64,000 nt of DNA. Origin: Rebecca billardiae RCC1528. Taxonomy: Eukaryota; Protista; Haptophyta. The DNA is taken from the NCBI GenBank assembly GCA_965240325.2, contig OZ251252.1:806001-870000 (forward strand), given 5' to 3'. Below are positions 1 through 12,444 of this stretch, piece after piece; the first letter of the stretch is position 1, and every line of letters begins with the position of its first letter. The notes under the pieces were generated by a model. It did no database searches and was not told the origin of the DNA. It saw only the letters and a list, made by a program, of their open reading frames with translations. Both the position numbers and the translations under genes were made by a program.

Positions 1-462
1 AGGCTGCCGGGGGGGGGGGGGGGGGGGGGGGGGTTGCATGGTGCGATGGACGCCGCTTCGGCTTGGGTGGGCACGGCCCCTGCGGGAGGGGCCCGAGAAC
101 GGGGGCAGACCGGCGCCTCCTCGCGAAATGCACGCGGGGTAGCGATTTTTTCATTACGTTTTGCATTCTTGGTATGAGCTCGCGCAAGTCTTCATAGTCA
201 GCCGGTACTGAATGGTGGGCGGCGGTTGAGCTCCTCCTGCATTCTTCCTATGAGCTCGTTATGGCGAAGTCGTCAGCGGGTACGGAAGGTGGTTCATCGG
301 TATTCCGTATTGGTGTAACGGTGAGAAGGCTGATGGACTGGACCAAGGTGCTCTGCAGCGAAGCGGATCTAAGATCGTTAGATCGAGTAGAGCAGATTCC
401 TGCGCCTGCCGACCTGGCGGGCGGCAATCTGGGAAGGCGGGCTGGGAGCGAAGGCTGGGGCC

Positions 463-1697
463 ATGTCGGACGCAGCGGGTGCGCAGCCCGCCTTGCCGGC
501 CCCGCGCGCGGGCGCGGCGTGCGTGCGCGCGGGCGGCGTGCGCGCGCACGCCGCGCCTGGGCTCAATGCACCCTCCATGCACGCCGCCGCGCGTTCGCGC
601 CCGCGCAGACAACGAGCAGCCGTCGAAGAAGCGCGCGCGCTCCGGCGGCAAGCGCGCAGTCGCCAGCTCGACCGTCACTGGCCACTCGCAGAAGCCGCAC
701 CATCGGCGCCCGCCGCAGTTCGTCGCCGAGTCGCAGGTGCCATGGTCGCGCGTGCCCGACGACATGTATGGCCCCACCTTCGACCGCGCCGACGCGCTCT
801 CGTGGGAGTCGATGGGCCGGCGCAAGATGCTCTCGTCGCACGCGGCCAACGGCTCGCCGCTGCCCAAGCTCGGGTGCTCGCTGTGCGAGCTCGAGCCCGG
901 GAACACGATGTGGCCGTTCCACTACCACCTCGGCTCGCACGAGGCCATCTACGTCCTCCAGGGCCACGGCACGATGCGCTGGGGCTACCCCGCGAACAAG
1001 GCGTGTGCCGCGCGGCCGCGGCGACGGCGCGCGGCCAAGCGCGGCCGCTGGGCGCGCGGCGGCGCAGGGCGAGAGGGGCGCGGCGCGGTGGCATGCGGGG
1101 CGCATGGCGGCGGTGCCGGACGGCGCGCGCTGACGCGTGCACGCCGCGCACCGCCGCCCGCCCCTTCCCGCCGCGCAGATGGTGCCCATCGCCGAGGGCG
1201 ACTTCATCGCCGTCAACCCTGGCCCCGAGTGCGCGCACCAGCTCACCAACACGGGGACGGTCACGCTGCGGTACCTGTGCATCGACTCGAAGGCGCACCC
1301 GGACGTGACGGTGCTGCCGGACTCGCAGAAGTACGGCGTGGTCGCCGCGGTGCCCTCCGCCGACGGCCGCGCGCAGCACCTGCACACCGCGTTCTTCAGC
1401 GTGAGCGACGCGCGGCCCTTCTTCGACGGCGAGGACGATTTTGGGCGCGCGCACTTTGGGCACGACGCCGGCCCGTCCGTGCCCTCGACGGAGAACGTGT
1501 ACGTGCTCGGCGGGATGAAGGAGGTGGCGGCGCAGGCGCAGGCCGCGCGGCGAAGCGCGCGCGCCGGCCACCCCGCCGGGCCGCACGCCCAGCCCTTCCG
1601 CGGCGAGGGCTACGACGGCGAGGAGGAGCGCGAGGTGATCGAGATCTACGGGCAGACGCCGCAGCCCGCGCACCGCACGTTTGCGCCGCACGCCTGA
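463..1697 (+). CDS. Cupin-domain protein, 3 exons: 463-478, 609-1000, 1179-1697
   Basis: Cupin motif 1 (ELEPGNTMWPFHYHLGSHEAIYVLQGHG) and motif 2 (IAEGDFIAVNPGPECAHQLTNTG) lie in different frames. They join through a GC..AG intron 1001-1178 with a CTGAC branch-like site at ~1130. A GT..AG intron 479-608 links ATG463 in frame. Confidence 0.85.
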
Positions 1698-2524
1698 GCG
1701 CGCCGCGGGGCGCGGGCCGGCGGCGGGCCGCCCGGTGCCGCGCGTGTACGCCGACCGCGTGCGCGAGGCGAGCGGCGCGATTGTCGCACACGCCGGGCAG
1801 CACCAGCGCCGCGGCCGCAGCACGGCAGTGCGAGCAGGGCGCTCATCGAGTCGTCCGCGGTCGTTGGTTTTTCATCAGCACTCAGCAGTGGCGCTACTGA
1901 TGACGATGCTGGTTATAGTCGTGACAGCATTATATCGTAGTCAGCCGTGATGCGCCGCCTGGCGTCATCTGAGTCGAGTCGCGCCGCCGCCCGGGTCGAG
2001 TCTCAGCGCATCGCCCGCCTCCCGGCGACCGGCCCACCGGTGACCGGGCGACAGTGGCGGGAGGCCGTCGTCGCGCGCGCAGCCCACTAGGCGGCACTAG
2101 CTGATGCGGACCGTGTCGCATGAGAGATGTCCTCCGGTCGACGGTGTCATCGATTTGATGTGCGCTGAGACGATACGCGACCGACCATAGTAATACTCCT
2201 GCCCAGTAGGCATCGTCATCATATGTAATACGCCGGCCTACCGGCGTCGCTATCCGTGCTCGGGCCTCCATGCGCGCCGAGCACCGCGGTCGGACCGCGG
2301 CCCGCGCCCGGGGCCGACTTGCTCGGTACGGTCGTTCTCGAGTTGCGCCAGCAGTTCGACAGCAGGCGAGGCGTCGCAGCAAAATAGTAGCAAATCTGCG
2401 CATGCCGGCTTGTCGCCCCACCGAATGCCTCAGCCCTCAGGACCCGATGCCATGCGCGATACGCCGCCCTCATAAGGACATGAGCGGACCATGCTGCACG
2501 GTCCGCTCATGACGCCGGCCCGTG

Positions 2525-3058
2525 CTATTCGCCTTCTTGCGTAGAGAGCACTGCTGCGCCGCCATGGCGGGGTCCAGTCGAAGCACTCACACGCGGTCCC
2601 CTTCCCATCAGCGAAGACGGCGCATCATCCACCCCTTTGCTGACAGGCGGGGCGCCGCCCAATGCGCCGCATGCGAGTGCGGATGGATCGTGGTCACCGC
2701 AGTGGGAAGGAGGCTCCGGCGCATGGCTGCTGCGCGGTTTGACGGGTGCGGCGGGCAAGACCTTGACCGCAAGCACTGCATCGTTGGCGAGGTACGCGCT
2801 CAGATCCCGCTCTCTGGGGAGGACGAAGCCGGCGGGGTAGCCGGCAACCCCTTTGCGCAGCGTGAGCTCCAAGCGCGACACCGGGTCTCTGAGCTTGAGC
2901 CGAAGCTTGTTGACGGCGGCGGCACACACGGCGTCGTAGGTGGGCTCGACCACTACCACCGCGTCCACGACGCATTTCGGGCACTTGCCCGGCATGATGC
3001 CCGTGCTCCCCACCAGGTTGACACGCACGCGCCGCGCAGGGCCGGCGTCACCCGCCAT
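2525..3058 (-). CDS. Hypothetical protein (MAGDAGPARRVRVNLVG...)
   Basis: Globular-looking, GC3-biased segment of ORF 2525..3232; ATG at 3058 is divergent from the gene at 3201. Confidence 0.5.
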   Translation of the reverse strand: MAGDAGPARRVRVNLVGSTGIMPGKCPKCVVDAVVVVEPTYDAVCAAAVNKLRLKLRDPVSRLELTLRKGVAGYPAGFVLPRERDLSAYLANDAVLAVKVLPAAPVKPRSSHAPEPPSHCGDHDPSALACGALGGAPPVSKGVDDAPSSLMGRGPRVSASTGPRHGGAAVLSTQEGE

Positions 3059-3200
3059 CGATTCCACGACCGGTGGAATCGCGCCCGCCCGGCCGCCCCG
3101 GCCGGAACAAGGAGCTCGTGTCCACGATGGCGCCGACGCCCCCGACGGTTGCCTAGGGGGGGGGCAAGCTTGCTGTTGCCCGCAGTGCGCGCGCTCGTTG

Positions 3201-3839
3201 ATGCGCCTGGAGTACGCCGTCTTCTGGAGCACGCTTCTCTTCGCGGGCAGCTTGCCCTGGGCCTATGTCGTCCTGCTGCTCCACGAGCCGTCGTTCCCGC
3301 CGCCGTCGGCCGAGGCGGATGGATTCGTGGCGGCCGACTTTGACGGCGATGGCGGCAGCGGGGACGGCGGACTCCCGTCGGCTGCGGCGCACTCGGACGA
3401 GCCGTCCGGCCCGAATGCGTCCGCGGTCCAGGCCGCCACGGCCGCGTGCATCGAGCGCTGCGCGCTGCAGGGCGATGGCTCCGAGCGCGCGCGAGCCGAC
3501 TGTGCCGACATGTGCCGCGGCGCGGGCAAGCTCGAGGTCGTAACTGCCGATTCGGCGCGCGTGACGTGCAAGGAGCACTGCATGCAGATCTGCATGCCGC
3601 AGTGCCCGATGCACCTCAAGGCGGCCCACTGCCGCAAGCAGTGCTCCGAGCAGTGCGGCGGCAAGTGCAAGAAGACGACCAAGGGCCAGTGGCAGAAGTG
3701 GAAGCGGACCGAGCTGCCCGGCTCGGCGCGCGCCGGCTCGGCGGCGATCCTCTCGGAGCTCGACGGAGAGGGCGACGACGCGGGCGCGGTGCTCAACGCG
3801 GTCGGCGCGGGCGGGGCCGTCGTGCCGCTCTTCATCTAG
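3201..3839 (+). CDS. Membrane-anchored or secreted Cys-rich protein (repeated Cx3C motifs)
   Basis: Hydrophobic N-terminus MRLEYAVFWSTLLFAGSLPWAYVVLLL followed by CIERC, CADMC, CKEHCMQICMPQC, CRKQCSEQCGGKC. Confidence 0.65.
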   Translation: MRLEYAVFWSTLLFAGSLPWAYVVLLLHEPSFPPPSAEADGFVAADFDGDGGSGDGGLPSAAAHSDEPSGPNASAVQAATAACIERCALQGDGSERARADCADMCRGAGKLEVVTADSARVTCKEHCMQICMPQCPMHLKAAHCRKQCSEQCGGKCKKTTKGQWQKWKRTELPGSARAGSAAILSELDGEGDDAGAVLNAVGAGGAVVPLFI

Positions 3840-4115
3840 TGAGGCGACGGTCGGTCGAAGTTGCCTTGCTGTCGCTTGCCGAAAGAAGGAGACTCGACGG
3901 GACGAAGATGATGCACACCCGTCCGACGATGTCCCAGTGGCAGCGAGTCTTTCCTCGACGAATCTACATATCGAATTTTCACAGATTTTCGTCGATCGAG
4001 TTTCGCGACCGGCTCGGGGAACCAGTGCCGGTTGGCGGTTGGCGGTTGGCCGCACGCGTGGGTCGCGGTTGCCGGTTGGCCGCCAATCTTTTTGCTTACA
4101 TCCGCATCCGCGTCA

Positions 4116-4955
4116 ATGGCGGCCATGGCGGTCTCGGCCTTCCTCCGCCCGTCGTCGGCCCTGCCGTGCCGCTGCCTCCTCCGCCGGCTGCCGCGGCCGA
4201 GCCCGCGCCGCCCGATCTGGACCATCCCTCCCAAGATGCCCTCCCCCTGGGCCAACGACACGCACATGCCCGGCGGCATGCCCGTGCCGCCACTGCACAC
4301 GACAGAGTCGATCCTGGCGCGCAATCCGCTCTGGTGTGTCGTCAACCCGTTCCCGACACTGTCGAAGCTCTCGCCGGTCGAGGACCTGCACAAGCGGCTG
4401 GAGGCGTTCGCGCACACGCTCGCGCTCTGCGGCGGCCTGATGGCCGGCGTCGCCGGCTCCGCGCTCGTCTCGCCGCACGACCGCCTGCTCGAGGCCAACC
4501 CGGAGCCGCGCGGCCGGCCGCGCCGCTTCCTGCCGCCCGCGCAGCCGGTGTGGTTCAACAACTGCACGGCGATCGCGTTCTTCTGCAGCGTGCAGGTGAT
4601 GCTCTCCTCCATGATGATCATGACCTCGCTCGCCTCGACGCCCACCGCCGCCATGGCCATCTACGCCACCCGGTACGCACCCTGGATCCTCCTGCCTGCG
4701 GCGCTCACCGTGCCGGCGACGCTCACGTTCGGCGCGGCGGGCGTGCTCGCCGTCGACCTGCTGCTCGGCAGCGAGCAGACGACGCTCTGCGCGCTCGCGG
4801 GCTTCGGCTGCATGACGGTCATCTCGTTCGTGCAGGCAACCACGCTCTTCTTCGGCACGGCGCACCTGCGGCGCACGGTCGCGCGGCTCGCGCACATCGC
4901 AGCCACCAAGTCGAGACAGGAGGCGCTCTCGTCCGCCGCGGTCACGCCGCACTAG
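4116..4955 (+). CDS. Multi-pass membrane protein with a probable organellar transit peptide
   Basis: Arg/Ser/Leu-rich, acid-free N-terminus (MAAMAVSAFLRPSSALPCRCLLRRLPR) and about 4 hydrophobic helices; strong GC3 bias. Confidence 0.65.
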   Translation: MAAMAVSAFLRPSSALPCRCLLRRLPRPSPRRPIWTIPPKMPSPWANDTHMPGGMPVPPLHTTESILARNPLWCVVNPFPTLSKLSPVEDLHKRLEAFAHTLALCGGLMAGVAGSALVSPHDRLLEANPEPRGRPRRFLPPAQPVWFNNCTAIAFFCSVQVMLSSMMIMTSLASTPTAAMAIYATRYAPWILLPAALTVPATLTFGAAGVLAVDLLLGSEQTTLCALAGFGCMTVISFVQATTLFFGTAHLRRTVARLAHIAATKSRQEALSSAAVTPH

Positions 4956-5615
4956 CGAGTGGCTCCGGCCGGCGCAAGGGTGGCGGTGGGTGCATGGAGT
5001 GAGCGCGTGCCGCACGCTGCTGCCGCGCGGGGAGCGCGAGTGCCACCACGGCAGGCGGAGGCGTGACTGCCCCGCCCCGCGTGGCGGCGGTGCGGCAGCA
5101 GCTCACTCATCACTGCGGCGGGCTGGGAGCGTCCCAAGGCGCGACGATGCCGCCGCTATGTCCAGCATGTGTATGTCGTCGTAGTAGCGTATGCGCGACG
5201 ATATGATATGACGCGATGATGATGCCGACGATATTGGCGGCGCGCGCATCTTCTACTGCTGATACTTTCTGATATGATGCCTGTCGCTGAAGCCGCTACT
5301 ATTAACTAGTTCGTCCAAGTAAATACCCGTGTGATAGTTCATGCTAAGAGATTTCGGGAGATTGTGGCACCCGATCCGCCGATCGTGTAACGGTCGGAGC
5401 TCTGACCCCACTAGCTGAAGCGGGCAGGCTGAAGCCGAGCGCGCACTCGTCGACATCGCTGACTGGCGAGTCATCAGAGACTCACATTGGCGGCTTCCGA
5501 TCTCCCGCCGGCCTAGCTGAGTAGCGTCGCAGTCAGCGCCACTCCCACGCCGTCAGTCGCACGCCTCTGGCTCTGTCGCCGCCATCCAGCCGGCCGCCTC
5601 CTCGCCTCCTCACAC

Positions 5616-7204
5616 TCAGTCTCGCGCGGCGGCGACGGCGGCTGCGGCTGCGGCCCCCGCCTGCGCCGCGCCGTCCGCGCCGCTGCCGCCGCCCACGGCG
5701 CCGAGGCGAGAGCGCTTGTGCGCCTTGGCGCGCGCGCCGTCGGCCGCGCGCGGCGCGTCCGCCGCGCCGCCGAACGCGCGCTGGTTGCGCGGCGAGCTGC
5801 GCGTGCCCCCGCCCATCCGGTGGGCGCGCTCAAAGAACCCCTCCACGAGTGCGATGTGCTCGTCCGACCGGAGCACTGGCCAGTGCGCGGCCTGCACCTG
5901 CAGCACCGCGCGGATCTGCGCCTCGGCGTGCGCAGAGACAGCCGAGCGCGCGGCGCCGTCGTCGAGCGGCTCGACCGGCCGCACGTCCCCGAGCAGTGCG
6001 CGCAGCACCTCCGCGACGCACTTGGCCGTTACGACCTGGTTGTAACCGCCTTCGAGCGCGAGCACCATGGGCGCGCCCAGCTGGCCGAGCCCGAGCGTCA
6101 TCTGCGCGAACCCGGCGGGCGAGACGCGCATCCCGCCCTGCACGTCACCGTCCGCCGCGTCGAAGCCCGCGCTCACGAGCACGAGCCCCGCGCCGAACGC
6201 GCGCGCGACGGGCAGCACCAGCAGGTGCCACGCCGCCAGGTACTCCGCGTCGCCAAAGCCGGTGTGCAGCCACGGCACGTTGAGAGTGCACCCCACGCCC
6301 GCGCCCTCGCCCACGTCGTCGAGCGCGCCGGTCTCGGGGTAGAAGCTCCGGCCGTACCTGCCCGCCGCGCGCGGCGACGCGCGGCGAGGGTCGGAGCGCG
6401 CGCGCGTGCGCGCAGCTCTCAGCGGCGCGGGCGGCTGGGCGGCTGGGCGCGCGGGCGTCGCTCGCGCGTCGCCGCCGTGGCGCACCTGTGGACCGAGACG
6501 TAGAGCACGTCGGGCGAGTCGTAGAAGATGCGCTCCGTGCCGTTGCCGTGGTGCACGTCGTAGTCCACGATCAGCACGCGCGCCGCGCGCCCGGACGCGA
6601 TCGCCGCGCGCGCGGCGCACGCGACCGAGTTGTAGAAGCAGAAGCCTTCGGCGCGGTGGCCGGGAGTGTCGTCGTATCCGGCGTGGTGCCCCGGCGGGCG
6701 GACGAGGGCGAGGGCTGAGAGCGGCGGCGGCGGGCTGGCAGGCGTGGCGGCGGCCTCCGACCCCGCCCCGAGCCGCGCCGCCTCGCGCGCAGCCGCCTCC
6801 GCGCGCGCGTCGAGCAGCCGCAGCGAGATGTCGATCACGACGCCCGCGGCGATCCGCGCGGTCCGGTCGGACTCGGGCGAGTAGTAGATGCCGCCCGGGC
6901 CGTCGGGCTCGCGCAGCTCGCGGTTGTCCGGGTCGGCCGCCACGCGCGCCGACAGCGAGACCACCTCCTGCAGGTGCTCCGCCGAGTGCGCGCGGAGGAT
7001 CTCCACCTCAGTCGCCTCGCGCGGCGACACCGCGCCGCACTCGCAGCGCGCGAGGAGGCCGAGGGCGTCGAGGTGGTCGCGCACCGTCGTGATGCGCGAG
7101 GGCTTCTCCGGGTGCTTCTTCTGCAGGTGCGGGATGTGCGCGTGCGCGAGCATCACCTCGTCGAAGACGACGAGCGGCTTCGGGCGCGGCGCGCGCGGCG
7201 GCAT
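5616..7204 (-). CDS. Histone deacetylase, class II (HDAC6/Hda1-like), 2 exons: 7204-6486, 6357-5616
   Basis: HPEKPSRI, RPPGHHA, GFCFYN, DYDVHHGNGT, SVHR|YG..FYP.TG, LVSAGFDAA.GD and LEGGYN motifs. A GT..AG intron (6485-6358) restores SVHRYG. Confidence 0.93.
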
Positions 7205-7352
7205 GGCTCGGCGTGACGCTGACTGACGCGCGCGATGGTGGGCTCGGAATGCCTCGGATGCGCCGGCGCATTTTTGCATGCGCCCCGCCGCGAAGGGGCG
7301 GGAGACAACGAAAAGAATTCTTTTCGCCAAACAAACGCACTCGTGAGAAGCG

Positions 7353-8912
7353 ATGGCCGGGCCCTCGCCGCCTCGCCGCCGTCGCGTGGCGCGGGCGGCG
7401 GCGGCGCTGGCGGTGGCGCTCGCGGTTTGCGGCGCGTCCGGCGCGTGCACGTTCAACGCGAGCGTCGCCTCCAACATGGGCGGCGTCGTGCCGCCCACGC
7501 CCGCCGCCCCCGGCGGCTGCTCCTCCGCCGACTGCGGCGCGCTCGGGCCGATCGCGCTGATCGCCGCCGGCTTCGTGCGGATGGACACGAAAGGGGCGTA
7601 CCGGCTGGGGAAGCACGTGGGCGCGATGGCGCACGACGTGCTGCAGCCGCTCGCCGCTCACGCCTTCGTCGTGTACGAGGTCGCGCCGTGTGAGCCCGGG
7701 CGCGCGGGTGACGCGCACGCGTGCTCGCAGCGCGAGCGCGAGGCGGCCTTGGAGGCGGAGCTGACGAAATCGATGGGCGCCGCGCTGCGCGGCGTGGGCG
7801 TGATCGCGGCGCCGCGCGCCCTCGATCCCGCCCAGCCGCCGCTCGCCGAGCCGCACCTCGACGCCGCCACAGGCGTCACGCGCGCGCGCTTCCGCCAGCC
7901 GCCCACCCAAAAATCGGCCTCCGAGCGCCTTTTCGGAAAAGGCGCGGTGAAGCAGTGGTACAAGCTGCGCGAGGCGTGGCGGCTGATGGAGGGCGCCGAG
8001 CGGCTGCGCCCGCCGCGGCCCGACGCGCCCGAGTACGCCGTCGTCCTCCGGCTGCGCCTCGACATGGTGCCGCAGCCCGCGTGGCGGCTGTGCGCCGCGC
8101 GCGATTGGCTGCTGCCCGGCGCGCCGCCCGCGGTGCACGCGATGACGGACAAGGCGTTCTGGGGGCGGCGCGACGCGATGCGCGTGGCGGCGGGGATGTA
8201 CGACGGGATCCCGTGCTACGAGTCCAGCGCGGTCTCGTGCGGCGCCGTCCGCGGCATCGCCGAGCCGATGCTCCGGCCGGTGGCGGTCGCGCCGCTTCTC
8301 ACCGCGACCCTCTCCCTCCCGCCGGCCGCGCATCGCAACTGGGCGCTGTACCAGAAGCTGCACACGCTGAACGTGCCGCAGATGGGCGCGCGGCCGAAGG
8401 GGAGGCTGGGGCCGGGGGTGCTCGACCTGGACAAGAAGGCCGAGCTCATGGCGGCCAACCTGCGCGCCGCCCTCGCCGCGGGCATCCGCTGGGTGGAGCC
8501 TCGCGCGACGCCGCCGGCGCGCGGCGCCGCCGCCGGCAGCGGCGGCGGCGGAGGCGGCGGCGGCTCGGGCGCCGCGGCGGGCGCCGCCGCCGGCAGCGGC
8601 GGCGGCGGCGGCGGGCCGCCCGCGCTGGTCCACTACGTGAGCTCGCCCAACGACTACCGCCGCGGCGTCTTCGTCACGGAGAAGGACTTCCTCCACTGGC
8701 TGCTTACCCACAATATCTCCATATGTGATCTCGGCGCAGAGACGCGCTCAGTTCTGACCAAGGGCCTCAAGTGGAAGCGGCGCTACTCGATGTCCGGCTG
8801 CGTCGCGCCGCACATGGCGGCGGCGGGGCGAGGGGGTGAGGGTGGGCGGGCGGGGCGGGGGCCGATGCCGGCGGCCGCGCCGCGGGATGCGCCGACAGGG
8901 GCCGCGGCGGGT

Positions 8913-8943
<31 letters not shown>

Positions 8944-10016
8944 GCGGCGCCGCGGCGCGCGCGGCCGGCAGCGGCGCCCGCGCGCGGCCAAGCGGCGACG
9001 CGCCGCGCCCGGCGGCGGTGAGCTCGACGGCGGCGGCGGCGCGTACCAGCGCGGGCAGCTGCCCCGCCCCCGCGCAGCACGTCGTGCGCGAGGCGCCGCC
9101 CGCGCCCGCCGCCGCCGCCGCGGGCGGCGCGCCGCCCCGGCCGCCCCCTCGCTATTTTGCAATTCTTTTTGCCGGTCAATTCGTTAATCACCACAAGGTG
9201 CGGAAGCGCGGCGTGGACGAGATCCTGCCGCGCGCGTGGGGCGCGACGGGCTCGCAGACGGACGGCACGGCCGACGCCGGCGCGCCCATCGTCTACGAGG
9301 CGTTCGTCGCCAGCTCGACGCAGCACGCAGAGCGCGCGCCGTGCGACGCGGTCGACGCCCAAGCGCTGGCGGCCATGCTGATCGGTCCGGGGCATTTCCG
9401 GTACGCCGAGGTGGAGCTGCGGCCGTACGCCGACGCGGCGTTCGCGCGCGCCGCCGCGGCGCTGGGGCTCCCGTGGCGCGACCGGATGCGCTGGCCGCTG
9501 CACCCGCACCGCGTCCTCTCGGTTTACTCAACTTACTCACGCGCGATCGCGCTCGCGCGCGCGCGCGAGGCCGCGACGGGCCGGCTCTTCGATCTCGTCG
9601 CGATCTCGCGGCTGGACGTGTTCTTCCACTACGTGCGGCACGTGGTGCCGGCGCGGGGCACGGCGCCGCCGGCCTCGTGGTGCGAGCGCGTGCGCGCCGC
9701 GCGCATCGTCGGCCGCCGGCGCAAGCGCCCCGGCGCGTGGGAGGACCGCCTCGTAGTGGGTGTGCGCGAGTCGGTGTTCAGTCTCGGCTCGATCGGCGAG
9801 GGCGGCGGCTTCGCGCGACGGTTCGGCGCGCTGGGCAACCAGACGTGGCCCGAGGTGCAGATCGCGATGCACCTGGAGGAGACCGGCGCGGCGGGCGCGG
9901 ACCGGCGGCGCGGCCCGTTCTTTGAGCACTACGTCACGCTGTACGGCTTCCACCAGAACAAGGCCAAGTACGACCCAAACTACCTGCCCAACCCCAACCC
10001 GAACCCTCGCCCTTAG
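7353..10016 (+). CDS. Large secreted or type II membrane protein with two putative glycosyltransferase-like modules joined by Gly/Ala linkers
   Basis: N-terminal hydrophobic segment; two globular regions, each with a hydrophobic-strand R-x-D motif (YAVVLRLRLD, FDLVAISRLD) followed by TDKAFWG or EDRLVVG. The GT assignment is inference. Confidence 0.6.
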
Positions 10017-10481
10017 GCCAAGTGAGGCCAAGTCCCGCCGCAGCATGTATCTATACATATAGCAGTCGCCGTAGTGTCCGTCGCGTATACATACGACATC
10101 GACGATCTGAGCCGTGTCGGTGACTCGCGAGGCGCCAGAGCCGCCGTCTGGCGTCTCAGATAGAGCGTCGCAATGTCATCATCATTATGATGCATATGAT
10201 GTCATCGCGCGATCGCGTCGTCATCATATCACGCGACGTACATCATCGTGATCGTCATATCAGCGCTTCAGCAGCATACGATTCGTCGCGGCGGCGGACG
10301 TGACTGACGACGCGCGGCGCCATAATCGGGCGGCTGCCCCCGCCCGGGCCCCGGGCCCGAGCCCTCCGCCGAACCGAGTATACTGCGTAAGCAGCAGTGG
10401 CCTCACGACGAGTTGACTAGGCGGTCGCCCACCGTGCCAGCGGCATCAACGCTGAGACGCCGCCGGCCGCCCGCCGCCGGC

Positions 10482-12170
10482 TCAGGTCGGGCGCGCGGCC
10501 GGCGGCCCCGCCGCGCCTGCGCTGTCGCATGGGAGGCACAGCTTGAGCGGCCGCGCGACGCAGCGGCGCGCGGCGGCGAGGAAGTGTGGCTCGAGCTGCA
10601 GCTCGGGCAGCCCGCGGCCCATCGCGCGCGGACCGCCGGCGGCGGCCTCCGCCGCGGCCGCCTCGCCCATCTCGACGTCGAGCGGCTTCTGCTGCTCCGA
10701 GGGGCAGGGCGTGCGGTATTTTCCATTATTATTATTCTTATTCGGCGGCGGGCCTTTGAGCGCGTCGCACCGGCCGGCGGCGTCCAGCTCGACGATGAGC
10801 ACGTCGCGGCCGTGCTCGCCGAGGTGCTCGCCCTTGTGCAGCGCGTTCGTGTCGAGGAGGAACCCCCCGCCACGCCGCCCGCCCAGCGCCACCGTCTCGA
10901 ACCGGCCGCGCACCCAGCGCTCGCTGAAGCGCGTATCTATCGACGAGGTCAAATAGTACCAGTGGGTATTGTGGGTACCGCGCGCGACCACGGTCGGCCG
11001 GCCGCGCGCGGGGTCGACGTCGTGCAGGAAGATGAAGAGCTTGAGCCGACGGCCCGCACGGTCGTGGTGCCAGCTGGCGGCGCGGAGGCGCGAGGCGGGG
11101 CGCGCCCGCGCGAGCGCGCGCGCATGCGGTCAGAGCGCGCGCGCGCATGCGCTGCTGCACACTTAACGCGCGCGCGCGCGCGCATGCGCACACATGGCCG
11201 ACGGGTAGTGGGACGGCTTGGAGAGCGTGGTGCCGAGGCGGAGCACGGTGTACCCCAGGGCGCGCACGCTGCGCTCGCCGCCGGCGCCGAGGTACGCGTG
11301 CACCGCGCGCCGCACGCCCTCGTCTTGCAGCACGCCCTCGAGCACCGGCGAAAGTCCGGGCACGTCCAGCACCTGCACCGGATTTGTCCGGTTGTCGTCG
11401 GCGCTCGCTGGCACGCCCAGCTCGGAGAAGGCCGCGCGCGTGCGCTGCGTGAGCGCGTCGATGTCGAGGCCAGGCCACGCGTCGACCCGTGCGAAGCCGT
11501 CACGCGCCAGCGCGCCGTACAGCTCGCGCGCCCTCGCCGCCGCCGCCGCGCCCCCGCCGCCGCCGCCGCCGCCCGCGAGCGCGGCGGTGAGCGCGCGCGG
11601 TGGCGGGTAGCGCGCCGGCGCGTCGAGCGCAAACGTGCGCTCGGCGATCGAGCGCGTGGTGAAGCGCATGTTCGGCTCGAGCCGCGCGTCCCCAGCCTTC
11701 TTCGCGCCCGCCTGCCCCGCCTGTCCCGCCAGGCTCGCGCGCTGGCGCGCGCACAGCGCCGCGGCCCAGTCGACCGGCGCAAAGTAAGCCGTGAGTAGCC
11801 CCTGCAGCTCCGCGTCTGAGGCGACGAGCGTGGCGGCGGCGGTGCCGTTGGCGACGCGTGGCGCGAACCAGCGGTCGAGCTCGAGCCCGAGCGCGCCGAC
11901 GCGCGCGCCGCCGCGCCGCGCGCCGCGCACGAGCTCGGCGGTGCGCGCCGACGACGCGAGCGCCGCCGCGCGCGCGTCGGCGCGCTGCGCGAGCGCGTGC
12001 CGCATGAGCGAGCGCACGTGGACGTGCTTGGGCCCGACCAGCACGCTCTCCTGGGTGAACGCCATCTCGGCGCCCGCGCCGAACGGATCCGCCTCGGCGT
12101 CGCCCGCCGCCCGCCACGCGGCGTGCGCCAGGACGGCCGCCCACCACACGGCGTGGGCCAGCGGCGCCAT
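10482..12170 (-). CDS. PhyH-like 2OG-Fe(II) dioxygenase with signal peptide, 2 exons: 12170-11194, 11073-10482
   Basis: LARDGFARV, then WHHD (HxD) created by splicing intron 11193-11074, KLFIFLHDV, PTVVARGTH, GFLLDTNALHKG (distal His) and R-DVLIVE. Confidence 0.8.
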
Positions 12171-12444
12171 TCTGATATGCATTCTCGGCAAAATTGCCGA
12201 TGAAAAAAGTAATTAATGGCCGCGGCCCGCGATGGCGCGCTTATTGATGGCCAACGGTCGCCCCGGCCCGGCTTCCAAGGCCCGGAAGACCGCAGCGGCG
12301 GTGCCTTTTTTGTCCGGCCAGCCTGTCACCGGTGACACTTCACCGGTTCGTTATCATCACGCCCAACCGCCCGGTGACGGTGTGCCGCATGCTGCGGCAA
12401 GACGCGCTGTCCGCCTGACGCCTAAGGGGCAGGCGCGCCCGCAC

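Noticed and set aside
9-292. Poly-G tract and ~75-bp-period diverged repeat as an ncRNA gene
   Set aside because: No tRNA, rRNA or snRNA signature recognised, and the region is truncated by the window edge.
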